The notes below the pieces were generated by a model. That model was not told the origin of the DNA. It ran no database searches and saw only the letters and a list, made by a program, of their open reading frames with translations. Both the position numbers and the translations under genes were made by a program. Below are positions 27,533-40,760 of a DNA stretch of 64,000 bases, piece after piece. The stretch comes from Marsupella aquatica. Taxonomy: Eukaryota; Plantae; Marchantiophyta. The first letter of the stretch is position 1; the number at the start of each line of letters is the position of its first letter. Where the stretch lies: contig OZ316898.1 of NCBI GenBank assembly GCA_973895155.1, positions 10,747,755 through 10,811,754 on the forward strand, given 5' to 3'.

Positions 27533-30500
27533 ATGAGTGATTCGGAGGAGTTTTTCGAAGACGTGGAACTTGAAGCACGAGGATCACCGCGGAGGTTTCA
27601 GGGGCAGAGAGAGGAGCAGGAGGAAGAGCACGTGACACCGATACCATCACCGGTGCGGCGTGTGGTGGAGGAAGCAGTACTACTACCGGAGCTCACGGTA
27701 GTCCCAAAGAAGAAGATGGGCACTTTCAAGCTTGGGGGACCCAAGTATGAAGTGACAAAGTATGATGGGCGCTCTGACTACTTGCTATGGGAGAAGCAGG
27801 TGAAGGGAGTGCTCTATGCGTTAGGGATGGGCCAACTGCTGAGCCATCGTGAAGACGATGTTGATGAGAAATAATGGGACCGCATGTAGGAGCAGGGAGT
27901 GTGTGGTGTTACACTCTATCTCATGCCTCCCATCATCAAGCAGTTGGGTGCACATAAGGATTGCATGTCCTTATTTGCGGAATTGCAGAGCAAGTATCAC
28001 CGCAAGGAGTTGTCGAACCGGCTCTACACTTCCTACAAACTGATGAGTTTCAGGATGAAGGAATCCGGTACAAAGTTGCAAGACCATGTGGATGCTTTCA
28101 ACGACATGGTCGTTGACTTGGAAAACCTTGGGGAGACTTTGAATGATGAGACGAAGGCTCTGCAGCTTCTTAGTTCATTGCCTCCATCTTACCGGTCCCT
28201 ATCACGAGTGTTGTTGCATCGTGATAGGGATACCATTTCATACAATCACGTGGTAAGTTCTTTGCTTAGTGATGATCTTCAGCAGAAGATGCACATCACG
28301 TCACAGCCTTCATCATCTGGTGCTGCCCTCAATGTTAACCGTGGGAGGAGTATGCAGCGACCAACTGGGGACCGTAGAACCCAGTTTAGATCTAAATCCA
28401 GATCTAAGTCCAAGGGTAAATCCCCTCAGAGGAGGCAGGTGACATGTTGGAAGTGCAACCAAGTTGGACACTTCAAGCGAGACTGTAAGGGAAAGGTAGC
28501 AGAAACTTCATCGGCAAATGTGGCTAGGGCTGATGGAGAAGCTGATTTACTCAATGATGAGTATGTTTTATGAAGCCGGGGGTATGCCCTGTGCACGTCA
28601 TCTAGGAGAGCAGATGATGTGTGGATTCTTGATTGTGCTTGCTCTTTTCATATTTGTTACATTCGTGAGTTTTTCAGTTCTTACTCTATTTCAAACGGTT
28701 CAGTTCTGATGGGAAATGATCACTCCTGTCAAATTGAGGGAATTGGGTCTATGAAGATTCAAATGTTTGATGGCACTGTGCACACAGTGTTCGGAGTCAG
28801 GTATGTACCTGGCATGCGTAAGAATCTGATTTCACTCGGTGTGTTGGATTCAAATGGTCATCAATGGAGCGTTATTGATGGTGAACTTCAAGTCAGGTCG
28901 GGAGAGACAGTGATTTTGAAGGGGAGTAGACAAAAGAATTTGTATGTGTTACAGGGCAATACTGTATGTGGAGAGGCCAATGTAACCAAGTCTCACGAGG
29001 AGATGACTCAACTGTGGCATTCACGGCTAGGCCACATGAGTGAGAAGGGTTTGGCTATCTTACGGAAGAATGGACTCATTTCTGATTTGCAATCTTGTAA
29101 ATTAGAGTTTTGTGAGCATTGCTTTCTTGGAAAGCAGCATCGTCGTGCTTTTGGTGTTGGAACTCATCGTTCCAAAGCGGTTCTTGAGTACATACATAGT
29201 GACGTGTGGGGTCCATCCCCGACTCCCTCACACTCTAGAAAGTTGTACTATGTATCATTTATTGATGATTACTCAAGATTTGTGTGGATTTATTTCATGA
29301 CGCATAAGTCTGATGTCTTGTCCATTTTTAAGAAGTGGAAGGCCCAGGTGGAGAATCAGACTGGAAACACGATCAAGTGTTTGGATACAAGGGTGAAGAG
29401 TCTGAGGTCAGACAACGGCGGGGAGTACACTTCAATGGAATTTGAAGAGTACTGTTCAGAACAGGGGATAACTTGCCATCTCACCACAATTTATACTTCG
29501 CAGCAGAATGGTGTCGCTGAGAGGCTCAATCAAACACTGTTGGAGCGGTCACGGAGTATGTTGAGCCAATCAGGTTTACCACAAGAATTTTGGGCAGAAG
29601 CTGTCAATACCGTAGTTTATTTGGTAAATCTTTCTCCTTCTAGTGCTATCAATTTCAAAACGCCGTTTGAGATGCACTATAAGCGGCAAGCAGACTATCA
29701 TGGCTTGGTAGTTTTTGGAAGTGATGCATATGCTTTCACACCGAAGCAGAATAGGACCAAGTTGGATCCTACCTCCAAGAAATGTGTTTTTCTTGGGTAC
29801 CAAAGTGGTGTGAAAGCCTATAGGCTATGGGATCCTATTGCCTGTACGCTCGTTGTCAGTAGGGATGTTTCCTTCAATGAATCCAGATTATTGAAGGAGG
29901 GGGAGAATACTCAGGTCTCCCATATTGACAAAGGAAAATCTCCTATCCTGGATCTCGTTGAGGGGGAGATTGGTTATGAGGTGCATGACCGGAGAGAAGG
30001 AGTTGCTCCAATTATGGAGCTGGTTCCTATGCCAGAGGAACCAGAGGAGTTTGTTGATGCTGGTGAGCAGCAAGTGGATGATGGTGAGCAGCAAGTGGAT
30101 GTTGTTGAGCTTCAAATTGTACCAGCATACGCAGATCAACCGGAGTCATCGGCTAGAAGAACATTTGGTCGCACTGTACGCGCTCTACCAAGGTATGGAC
30201 AGTGGGTTGATTCATCTCAACTGCAAGAGGATGATTTTACAGCTGATGATGAGGGTGATGCGTTAATTTTGGAAGAAGGGGAACCTTCTTCATTTCATGA
30301 GGCAAGTGCTTCAAAGGAGAAGCAGAAGTGGACTGCAGCAATGCAAACGGAGATGCAGTCACTAAAGGACAACAAAACTTGGGAGCTTGTTAAGTTGCCT
30401 AAGGGTCAGCAAGTGGTGGACAGCAAGTGGATTTACAAGTTGAAGGATAATTCCATAGGAGGTGGATCGAAGGTCTACAAGGCTAGGTTGGTAGCAAAGG

Positions 30501-31867
30501 GATTCACACAAGAGAAAGGTGTGGATTACAATGAGGTCTTCTCACCAGTTGCTAAGTACTCTACAATACGACTATTGTGTGTACTTGTTATAATGTTTGG
30601 TCTGCTGCTAGATCAGATGGATGTTGTCACAGCTTTCCTCTATGGCACATTGGAAGAGGTGATCTTCATGAGACAATCGCTAGGTTTTGTGAAGAGAGGA
30701 CAGGAGGAATTGGTTTGCAGATTGCTGAAATCCTTGTATGGGTTGAAGCAGTCACCAAGACAATGGAACAAGCGGTTTGACGATTGAATTCGGTCACAAG
30801 GTTTTCACAGAAGTGTATTTGACCCTTGTGTGTATTTGAAACCGGTAAAGAATGTTGTCTTTGGGTTCATTGTTTTAGTACTTTATGTGGATGATATGCT
30901 AATTGCAGCCAAGGATAGGTCTGAGATTGTTAAGCTCAAGGCACTGCTTAGTGCAGAGTTTAAGATGAAGGACTTAGGGCCAGCTAAGAGGATTTTGGGT
31001 ATGGAGATCACTAGGGACTTGGAGGCTGGCAAGCTATGGTTGACGCAGAGCAGTTATGCGAGGAAGGTAATTGCAAGGTTCAACATGGGGAATAGCAAGC
31101 CAGTAAGTACCCCGTTGGCTCCACACTTCAAGTTATCATCAGCGTTCTGTCCTACGGATGACACAGAGAAGGGGTTGATGTCAAAGGTTCCGTATGACAA
31201 GGTAGTGGGGAGTCTCATGTATTTGATGACTTGCACTAGACTTGATCTTGCCATGGCTATGGGCAAGGTGAGCAGGTACATATCGAATCCAGGGAAGGTA
31301 CACTGGGAAGCAGTGAAGTGGATTATCAGGTACTTGAAGGGTACCATGGATCATGGTCTTTTATTTGATGCGAATGCAAAGAATGCTAAATCAATGATTG
31401 GCTATGTTGATTCTGACTATGGACAAGATTTGGACCGAAGGAGATCAACAACAGGATACGTGTTCACACTTGGCGGTGGATGCATAAGTTGGAGGTCTAC
31501 TTTGCAAAAGTGTATTGCTCAGTCTACTACAGAAGCGGAGTATGTTGCAGCAAAGGAAGCAGCAAAGGAAGCGATTTGGTTGGATAGACTTATCATTGAA
31601 ATGGGATTGCCACAGGGGAATGTGAAGCTCCATTGTGATAGTCAAAGTGCGCTCCACCTTGCTATGAACCAGGTGATGGACAGCAGAGTGAAGCACATTG
31701 ACGTCAGGTACCATTTTATCAGGCAGGCTGTGTCTGATAATTTGTTTGAGCTAGTCAAGATTGATGGTAAACTCAACCCGGCTGACGCATTTACCAAAGT
31801 GATTCCTTTGGAGAGTTTCTCTAGACACCGTGACATATTGCAGGTTTTGCAATTGCATCACAAGTAG
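27533..31867 (+). pseudogene. copia gag-pol polyprotein, one frame interrupted by 4 in-frame stops
   Basis: ORF pieces starting at 27533, 27899, 28619 and 30830 share one frame. Stops: TAA 27872, TAG 27887, TGA 28571, TGA 30785. Motifs: zinc knuckle CWKCNQVGHFKRDC, protease WILDCACSFH, integrase WHSRLGH..CEHC, SDNGGEY, QQNGVAER, RT YKARLVAKG, LYVDDML, RNaseH DSDYG..TEAEY..KHIDVRYHF..ADAFTK. Confidence 0.93.
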
Positions 31868-32046
31868 AGTTTTCTTAACATTCATTGTAATTACTGATAT
31901 ATGCTCTTCCTCATTCCTATGTATTAGGCTACGGCTTAGTTCTGGTTTGCTCTAGTTAGAGAGGGAAACCGGTTTGGTTTTTGTCCAGAACTTCCCGCTG
32001 AGGGATCATATACATTGGCAGTATTACTCTTCCCTAGACCAGAGTC

Positions 32047-32057
32047 AAGGGGAAGAT
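32047..32057 (+). promoter_or_regulatory. polypurine tract
   Basis: AAGGGGAAGAT immediately before the 3' LTR. Confidence 0.85.
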
Positions 32058-32460
32058 TGTTGGATATTTACTCTTACGTCTAGGTTAGGTATGACGTGAT
32101 TGGTACAACAACGTGGGTTGGTACAACTACGTGGTTAGGTACAACTACGTGATTAGGTACAACTATGTGGTTAGGTACAACTACGTGGTTAGGTACAACT
32201 AAGTTGCACACTATATCATAAGAGGCATGTGTGCTTGGAGAGGTAGAACCAAGGCTCATTGTTATGGAGTCACTTGAGAGATAGGGAGAGCTTACACTGT
32301 GGAGACTCGGTATAGCCGATGGGCTTAGAGTTCAGTAAAGCTCTCTTGTGTGTTCCCGTGGACGTAGCTTCAAGGAGGTGAACCACGTATCTCTTGTGTC
32401 GACTATTGTGCGTTGGATGGTTCATGGGCTTGCCGTTGCGATCGTCGTCTATGCTCAACA
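32058..32460 (+). repeat. 3' LTR (403 bp)
   Basis: Direct repeat of 25980-26386, followed by TSD TTTGA. Confidence 0.95.
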
Positions 32461-32979
32461 TTTGAGTGTCATCAAGGATGTTACAGCCACAGTCCTTTTG
32501 CTTGGGTCCCAGGAGTGTTTCCTTTCTGTGGATGTGAGACTAAGTACATTTGTTACAATGTGAAGTAACTTGGGGCTGAGGTTTTGAAAACGTTTGAGTT
32601 ACTAGTTGCCATAAATGAACGGTCCAGATCTGATCATACATAGAAAAAATTGTCAAAATGTGACCCTGCAATCTTTTTGCTGAGTGAAGGCTTCTCAGTG
32701 CATAGTAAATTTTGTCCAGAACAAAGGTTACTTCTGTGTAACCATTTCTGGAGTTTCTTCCTATTTCCATAATCTACTCTCACAAAAATCATGATCTTTA
32801 ATTTTAATCAGTAATGAATTTATATAATAATAGGATGGTCTGGCCGGGGTTCTAATATGAACCCCAACCCATAATGTTCAGAAAAGCTATCCTCTTATCA
32901 ACTTTTCTTCACTTTCAGCCATATAATTAACTTTTCTTCACTTACCAGTCATATGATTACACTCACATGATTACAGCCT

Positions 32980-33600
32980 AATAACCCTGTGCCCAAGGCT
33001 TCCATCATCCTATACATAAGTGCCACCTGCCCCAAAAAACAAAAGGAAACCCCAAAGTGTTTGGGCTTACTTTTCACATTACTTTGGAGTGCTAATAACC
33101 CTGTGCCCCAGGCCTCCATCATTCCTATACTTAATTCTGGTCAGGAAAAAAGGTTGCCAGTGTGTAACCTTTATACTAGGTGCCACCATTTTCATAACTA
33201 TGTGCCCAGAAAATATTGCCCATTATTCCTTTTCCTGGGCAAGTATTATGTATGATAATGACTGTTTGGGTTAGGGCTGGGGTTACTCCTTTTCCTCGGC
33301 AAGTATTATGTATGATAATGACTGTTTGGGTTAGGGTTAGGGCTGGGGTTACTGTAACCTTCCTGGATGCATTTATTCACTTTCTGGTCACAAGGTTACA
33401 AATCCCATATTAAACTGTCATTACCTTGCATCTACTCACTTTCTGGTCACAAGGTTACAAACCCCAGATTAAACCGTCATTACCCTAGGGTTACATACCC
33501 CAGATTAAACCGTCATTACCCTAGTGCCATCTGCCCCAAAAACAAAAGGAAACCCAGAAGTGTTTTGGACTTATTACTTCTCACATTACTTTGGAGTGCA
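32980..33600. repeat. cluster of short nested direct repeats (probable non-autonomous TE remnant)
   Basis: Repeated blocks ATAACCCTGTGCCC..., GTGCCA.CTGCCCCAAAAACAAAAGGAAACCC...TCACATTACTTTGGAGTGC, GGCAAGTATTATGTATGATAATGACTGTTTGGGTTAGGG x2 and CCCCAGATTAAACCGTCATTACCCTAG x2. Confidence 0.6.
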
Positions 33601-34682
33601 GAAGTAACTTTGTGAAATTCTGAACACTATTGACAGTGAAGAAGCAGCGTAATAATGTGTGGGGAATCGCCAATGAAAGCGCGATTTCTCGCCCGCAATG
33701 GACGGAGATGGCCGCGCGTCCACGATTGTCATCTTGCCCAACATTGGAGCCGAAGCTCGGATCCTAGCGTCTGCTCCACTGCGACACTGATTCGAGGAAA
33801 TCTACGTCGTTGCGGAACCGGAGGTCGACAACCGCTCAGAATCTATGTCCGACCTCGCCCGTCATCCATCAAGCGAGCCACTGAGAGCTCGGTTCTACGG
33901 TGGCTCGTTTCCTCCATGATTCTGTGGATTCGAGATTTCGAGGTCGGCCCCGTTCCGGTTCCGCAGCGTTTCGCAATGTATCTGTTTCCGACCTCCCCCA
34001 TCCGTCGAGCCGCTGAGAGCTCTGCTTCGCAAGCCTGAATCTCGTACGTGCTCGATGGAATTGGGAAGAACGAGGGAGTTTTGATGGACTGACGGGCGGG
34101 CTCGGGTTCGTTTTCGAATTGGTCCTTTGGGTCGGATTTGTCCGACTGCTGGAGTTTGAAGGTCGTGTCGATCATCGGAACGAGGATCAGTGGACAGCTG
34201 CTGGCTTTCATTTTGGGCTTGTTGATGGCAGCAGATATTTTTTAAGAAAGGAAAATCCGTATGACCATGTGAGCTTGTGGGGCAGAGCGAACTGTGATTT
34301 GAGGATCGGGAGATATCACTTTCCTCGAGAGGTCTTCTGCAGCACCATCGTGAGGACCGATTGAGCTGTTGCTGCTACTGCCCCCGGTCCTCAAACGCTT
34401 TCTGGCAGCTTCTGTTCGTTTAATTGACAAATCCTGAAGACAATTAGAAGTATTTTGCTCGATTTTTTAAGTGACCTGGGAGTATAACCTGTATTTGTCC
34501 AGCTCAAAAGGTTTACTTAGGTTTTGGGACAGCTTCTGCTTCACGCATGAATTGCTGTCAATTGAGACGGTAAAACTTTTTTCATCATTGAGAGGAACTG
34601 GTCACGCGACCGTTCATCTCCAACATTTATCATTAATTTGTCGAAAATTCGTTCCTTATTAAACCACACTCTTGACAGTGTG

Positions 34683-37523
34683 ATGGCAACTGTACACTTT
34701 GCTCAGTGCTACCTGCCGAGGGTAGCTATCTACTCGGCTGATGGAATTGACTTTGGGGTTCGTAGTGGAAGTCCTGTGAATAGTTTCTCTTCTCTTCGTT
34801 CTCAAGAGCAATTTCTGCAAGCCCCTAGGAAAGGCTTCCCATCAAAGGGGAGGAAGATCCAGCTGGGATTCACCTCTGTAAATAATGGATTGTCCGTATC
34901 TTTCTATTTGTGCTTCAACAAACCTCTGGGAAGGGTGGGTACTTCTCGGAGTGTGAAATCAAGGGCAAGCTTGGGTGGCGATGGCGATGTTGACATGTAC
35001 GGCGATGCGATCGATGAGGACTACTACTCCGTCCTTGGCTTGGTACGTTCAAATTTGATGATATATAGACCTGGTTTTGCTTGAGTCTTTTGCTCACAAT
35101 TATTCTGTTTTGCGGCGAGCTGAGCTATTTCTGTGCATAGATGAGTTCCTGCGGGCATGTTCTGTAGAAATCATTTGCAAGGCATTGTTCTCAGTACTGA
35201 GGATGAGTTACGTTCTAGACGTCCTCTTTCTTGGCCCATCTCATGAGAGCCCTCTTCGTTTCTAACGTTGTTAAGTTTTTCAGACGCCTGATGCCACGCC
35301 AGACGAGATTAAGAAGGCTTACTACAATTGCATGAAAACTTGCCATCCGGATCTCAGCGGGAATTCCCCAGGAATTAATGCGTTTTGTATCTTCGTTAAT
35401 GAAGTATATGAGGTAACCTGCTTACACCACTCGATTGTTGGAAAGAAAGTTATCTGTAAGCGAGGGATCCAATGAAATTGTAGTCTTACCCTTTCATTGA
35501 GTTCTCTCTCACAGATTTAAATACCAATGTGCAGGTGTTAAGTGATCCAGAGCAGCGTATGATTTATGATGAAATTAGCGGCTACACATTAACTGGTATC
35601 AATCCCTTCAAAGACACCACGGAGGAAAAGGATCATGCCTTCGTTGATGAGTTTACCTGCATAGGTAAGCCCTATGATGTCGCTAAGTTGCAACACCCTA
35701 TTCAGGAATTGCATCTAAACGTTATATCGTTACCTCCTGATCTTTCCTTGTATGACAAACCTTTCAAGAGGCCCACGTAGTGCCAATGTAGAATTTATAT
35801 GCCCAAAGTTTGTGGCAAGTCAATTTTGTAAAATTAATTCTCATTCAATTTCTGACTGCAGGGTGCAAGAATTGTGCACACACTGACCCCGTAACATTTG
35901 ACATTGAGGAGCAATATGGTCGGGCAAGGGTTATGTCTCAGCTTGGAAACCCAGTACTGGTGGAAACGGCTATTCAAACATGGTAGTACCTGGTAACTTA
36001 TTCGTTGTGTTGCAGACTGACTGTCACGACGTAAAATAAACCAATTCCGATCCCCTGTACTTGTTATGGTAGCAAGTAAAATCGTGTCCACTTCAGAGAA
36101 GTGTGCGACTCCACCGCAGTTGGGTAGCGGCAGCAATTCTGACGACATAGGACATGTAGCGTTCCTGAAGTTGTTGGCGTGGAGCTGAACTCTTCATGTG
36201 TTTGTCTTATGCAGCCCTGTAGATTGTATACATTGGGTGACAGCGGCGCAGCTGACCCTTTTGGAAGACGAAATGCGAATTGTGGAACGTGTCAATGTAT
36301 GGCCAATGCAAAGCCCTTGCTTTGTTACGAGTTACTGCACATGATGATGTGGAAGATCATATTGATTTATAACCACAAGTTCGTGGGTGTCAATCACACG
36401 GCCACAGGAATTGCATTGTTGGAAATACTTTTGTAAGTCTTGACAACAAAGCATTACTTAAATCTGTTGGCTTGAGGGTGTAGGTTGGAATGATGCTGTC
36501 GGGCATGGGGTATCAATCTCCAGACGTCTTTACTCAAGTAAGTAGAGTTGTGAATGAATCCTACACGCATGCCTTTGCTCAAAGTTGGAGGGTGTCAATT
36601 GTTTCTAAAACAGTTAGCGTTGAAGGCTTGGAACGAAAACTACTTAAAGCGGGTTACAAGTGTTCTCATCTCCTTTGATTAATTTCAAAAGTTCTTGACG
36701 TTCCAGGGTATTGGTTGGTCTTGCAGGCAAGCTGGAAATGGGAAAAGCGCCAAGCCAAAGCTATTGTACGTGCTATCTATCTTAATTACGTGACTTACTC
36801 GTTCACACCGTATATAGCGTAATGCATTGAAATTACCTGCCTTATCGAATTTAAAGCGATTTCTATATGGATTTTGTTCTAGCTTTGCCCCTTCATGCAT
36901 GTGATGTGTGTAAATAGTACTATGCTATCTGAAGCGGGTAGTTTTATCTTAAACTCAGGATCGAGCTCGGATGAGAATGATGAGAGACGGTGGGAAGACT
37001 GGGAAGGAGGCCTGGTGGAATTTCGATTGGGGCTCAGCTGATGAAAAGACCACAAGAGCTGCTAAAGGTACCTATACTCACCGGAATGTATTATCTTGTT
37101 GACACTATCCTACCTAGGTCCTTAATGGAAGGTTGCTGTGGGTAATGTCTTTGCCTACTGAAAATGTTGTCTCGGAAGGCAACTCAACAGCCTGTATCCT
37201 ATTGTTGTTGATAAAACAGTCTGTCACTATGCAGTTGCAGCATTCTACCCAATCATACATTTGTCCTTGCTTGAAAGACGCTATCGTGATTTTCAAGGTA
37301 TCCCCTTCGATTGTTGAGAATTCTCTGAACTTACATAAAAGAAATGCCTACAGATAAGCATGTCCGGGAAAGAGCAGCGAAAACTGCAGCAGCAGCAAGG
37401 AGGTGGAGGGAGTACTCACGCCAAGGTGCTGATCGTAGAGCAATTCGTCATCTTCCGTCAACTTCTGGGTCAGGCAATGCAGAGGAAGAAGATTCGAAAA
37501 GAGAAAAAGCTGGAGCTAAGTAG
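34683..37523 (+). CDS. chloroplast DnaJ-ferredoxin protein (DJC76/DJC77, CDJ3/4-like), 397 aa, 9 exons
   Basis: Exons 34683-35042, 35284-35412, 35535-35664, 35862-35982, 36215-36296, 36484-36537, 36727-36765, 36959-37067, 37354-37523; total 1194 nt. Ser/Arg-rich transit peptide; J-domain DYYSVLGL..IKKAYY..CHPD..EVLSDP; ferredoxin motif FVDEFTCIGCKNC..GRARV..CPVDCIHW; C-terminal AARRWREYSR. Confidence 0.92.
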
Positions 37524-39851
37524 GCCGCCGACGGCTTTCCAGGGGAGGTGATCTACTTTAGTCCTGTCAGAATCTCAAAAATTATTATGACAAAGTTTAA
37601 CTTGCTGTATATTATTTCTTAGTTCTGGGGCAGATTCTTGACGCCATTTACCGCCTTGTCAAGGAAGGGTGTTCATATGTGAAGTGTACTGTGCAAGTTG
37701 TACTATGATATGGAGACGGTCCATGTAGAGTTTTGTGTATATAATTAGAGATTATTCAGATGAGTTTGCAATGGGGATGCAGTCACGAATTGTGCATCGC
37801 CAGAGCTTCACCTTCGGGTGCATTTAATGTTTAATGAACATATAGTAACTGGAAAGTATGGCTTGACGGCCACTGAGGTGACTAAGTACAACTGTATACC
37901 AACCAAAGCTTATCCAAACGGGTATTTAGTTGGTGCTTGATAACTGCGGACCGCTGTGAAGCATGTTAGTTGAATTTGGATCCAAGACGATTTTCTGTGC
38001 TTGAGGTAATGAGGCTAACGTCCGATCTTTATTTGTTATGTATAATTCAATTAGCGTGTCTGCTATTCGTCAAAGCTAAGAATGGACGGTCTAATCAACA
38101 TTTCAGGAAGAAAAAAAACATGGTAAGTCAAGACGACTTACAATGGTTTTGCATCAATCTTCAGTGTTCTTCTCGGGGCTGATTTGTTTAGTTCGTCTCA
38201 AAGCTTGGCTTTGGCGGTTGTTTGCCCCTCTAGCGGTATGATCTTGCGGGTCACTAGAACTGGAACCACGGTTGATGACCAAAGTTCATTTCAATGTTTT
38301 TCGACGACGAGTTTGATACAGAGCAGCTATGTAGTTCGTTCTTGCGGAGTGGTTTAAATCTCCAGAGGTTGAGAGTTAATGTTACCCCTGAAAGGACTTC
38401 GTCTCGCAACGATAGTCTCTACTCTCAAAGGGTTCCTCATCGACGAGAGGCAGTGAGAGTACACAGCTGTCGTGCCTTCATGGCCCTAAGGGAAGAATAT
38501 ATTCTTTTACTGCATCAGCGATTGGGCCTTGCAAGTGTTCTTCCGCATCAATAATCTAGCCTCACGGACAGGATCTGAAGAAAGTTCCACATTAACAAGA
38601 GATTATCTTTCTGGTTCAGTGCTACGGTTCTCCGCATTGTAGTGTGAAGTTCTTGCACTCAGCATGTTACGACCCTTAGGCAGGATAAGCGATGTTCTAA
38701 GGTGAATAGTCGATAGCGCTCAAATCACATGATTCACTGGATAGGCAGATAAGGAAGCATTTCAACAGGAGCTGTCATTCGTACTGGCACAACTAACCGG
38801 GAGGAAATACAGTTGAGTTTCCACCCGCTCGTATGAGCAGCGTACTGTGATGAATTTTTATTATGGAACTCGAAATCAAGTGCACCTACAAGCGATCGGC
38901 GTCCAGCATTACCCTTGTGGCTCAACACTGGCTAAACACTTCGGTCATTACAGCGAAAGCATCAGTCAAGTCGGCTCTTGAGAGCACATATATGACCGTG
39001 CTGCAGCTTCCTCTTGGGTGAAATATGGTTCTTGCAAATTAGTGCCGACTGTGCTACGCTAGTGCAAACATACACAGAACCTGCTTCATGATTATAGCAT
39101 TATCTGTCTGGGATGGTCATGCTTGCAATGGCACTACCAACACAATTCTGGTCGCCATAAATTGCGAACCCAATGTTTGACTTCCGTAACCAGAACCAGC
39201 CAATCTTCTTCTTCATCCTCAAAAAGTAAAAACGACCTGCAAGTAATGAACGAGCAATCTGTATGATTCTTCCAGCAAGCCAAAAGCACGGCTCTGGAAT
39301 ATTCTGTACTCCCCTCCCTTTCTATGTCCACAAATGGCGCTTAGAAAACAAAAAGTCAAAGCGAAATGTTATATTGGAATATGGCGCAGAGGTAATCTCA
39401 AATCTTATCGATCACTCGACTTCAAACGTAAACCATTTGTATCTTGGTCATTTAGGAGGTAATTCGCTACCCGAAAGCAACAGTTAAGTGTCGTGTTTTG
39501 ACCTGGCATTCTATGTTTTGACCCGACAGTCCATGTGCCAGTGATCTGATTCGTATCCTGATCGAAGACATTTACAACCGTTCGTGTTTCTGGTACGTGA
39601 CGAATCAGTTCAAATTCTACCTAGGATGGGGAAAGTAATTGTGTCGAGTCAGTTCAGCGAATGATCGATAGAGTTTATGAATCTGCATTCAAGTCCGGCC
39701 TCTTTGGGAGTGGATCATCTTACTCATTCACAATAAAAAGGGAATTTGTATCAGACCGGAATTTATTCTTCGAGGTTATGCATGTTCACATTGAAATTGA
39801 TAACCGGGCGAAGGGCAGGAGCTTCAGCAGACAACAACCAAACTCACAACG

Positions 39852-40760
39852 ATGTCGAGTAAGAGAAAGCTGAGACTCCAGTCAACTGACGGTGAGATAT
39901 TTGAGGTAGAGAAGTCGGTTCTCAGGCACGAGATGCAGGCGGTGCTGAAGGCGATTCGACTTGCCGGAATGGAAAGCCCCATTCCAATGCCGAAGGCCTC
40001 CGGCGTCGTCCTGGAATACATCCTCAATTATTGCAAGTATCACTCGGAGTCTCACACGCAGCAGAGCTCTAATGGGACGTTGAATCCTGTTTCAAAAGAC
40101 GCAAACGAGCAGTGGGATGCGGCTTTCATGAAGGTCGAAGACGCCATGCTCGTCGACATCCTGGTGGTAAACTTTCAAGTACTGTACCTGCTCATTTGCT
40201 CATTCATATTTTATGTAGCTCCATACCTCCCTCAAGTGTGTCATTGTTTGATGCTCTGGATTAGAGTTTCTGAACGTTCTCGTCCTTCTTGAATCATTAT
40301 TTACGAGGCACAGATATGGTGGGTCGTTCGCTACTTCCTAATGCGCCATTTCGACTGACACGAGCCTTACACAACGAGAGCTCCATTCCGCTTGAGCTCC
40401 AGACCTTTCCAAAGTCTGGACACTCGAAGACTGCAGCAAGGACGGGCTGCATGCCAGTGCAGAAGCTAAAACTGGGAAGCAAGAGCTACATGGAGTGAAC
40501 CGGCATTCTAACTCAGTTCTTCTCCCCTCGTCGAGCACGATTTTCTCCCTGCCCCCCCTCTCTCTTCTTTCACAGGGGTAGATTTTTTCTGATTCATTCC
40601 CAACTTCTCTTTTTTGCAGGCTGCCAAGTACCTGGGCATGGAGAACTTGTCCAAATTGACATTGCGGACCTTCGTTCAAATTTGCGTGGAAAGAACTCCG
40701 AACGAGATCGAAGAGATTTTAAATCTCCTGATAAACGCATTGGTAGAGCATATGGATTGA
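39852..40760 (+). CDS. divergent SKP1/ASK-like protein, 151 aa, 2 exons
   Basis: Exons 39852-40166 and 40620-40760. LRLQSTDGEIFEV, IPMPKASGVVLEYILNYCKYH, QWDAAFMKVEDAMLVDILV|AAKYL; intron at the conserved SKP1 LIL|AANYL position; ERTPNEI matches GKTPEEI; short C-terminus. Confidence 0.82.

Larger units (their letters stand above)
25980..32460 (+). mobile_element. full-length Ty1/copia LTR retrotransposon (Tnt1/Tork-like), non-functional
   Basis: TG..CA LTRs at 25980-26386 and 32058-32460; TSD TTTGA at 25975-25979 and 32461-32465; PBS and PPT present; domain order gag-PR-IN-RT-RNaseH. Confidence 0.97.

Noticed and set aside
28571-28621. UGA plus stem-loop as a selenocysteine/SECIS signal
   Set aside because: Land plants lack the Sec machinery and the position is a Gag-protease linker, not a catalytic site.
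33325-33345. TTAGGG units as interstitial telomere
   Set aside because: Only two consecutive units, inside a local repeat.
33655-34430. ORFs of 120-127 aa on both strands upstream of the DnaJ gene
   Set aside because: GC-rich promoter/5'UTR sequence with no protein motifs.
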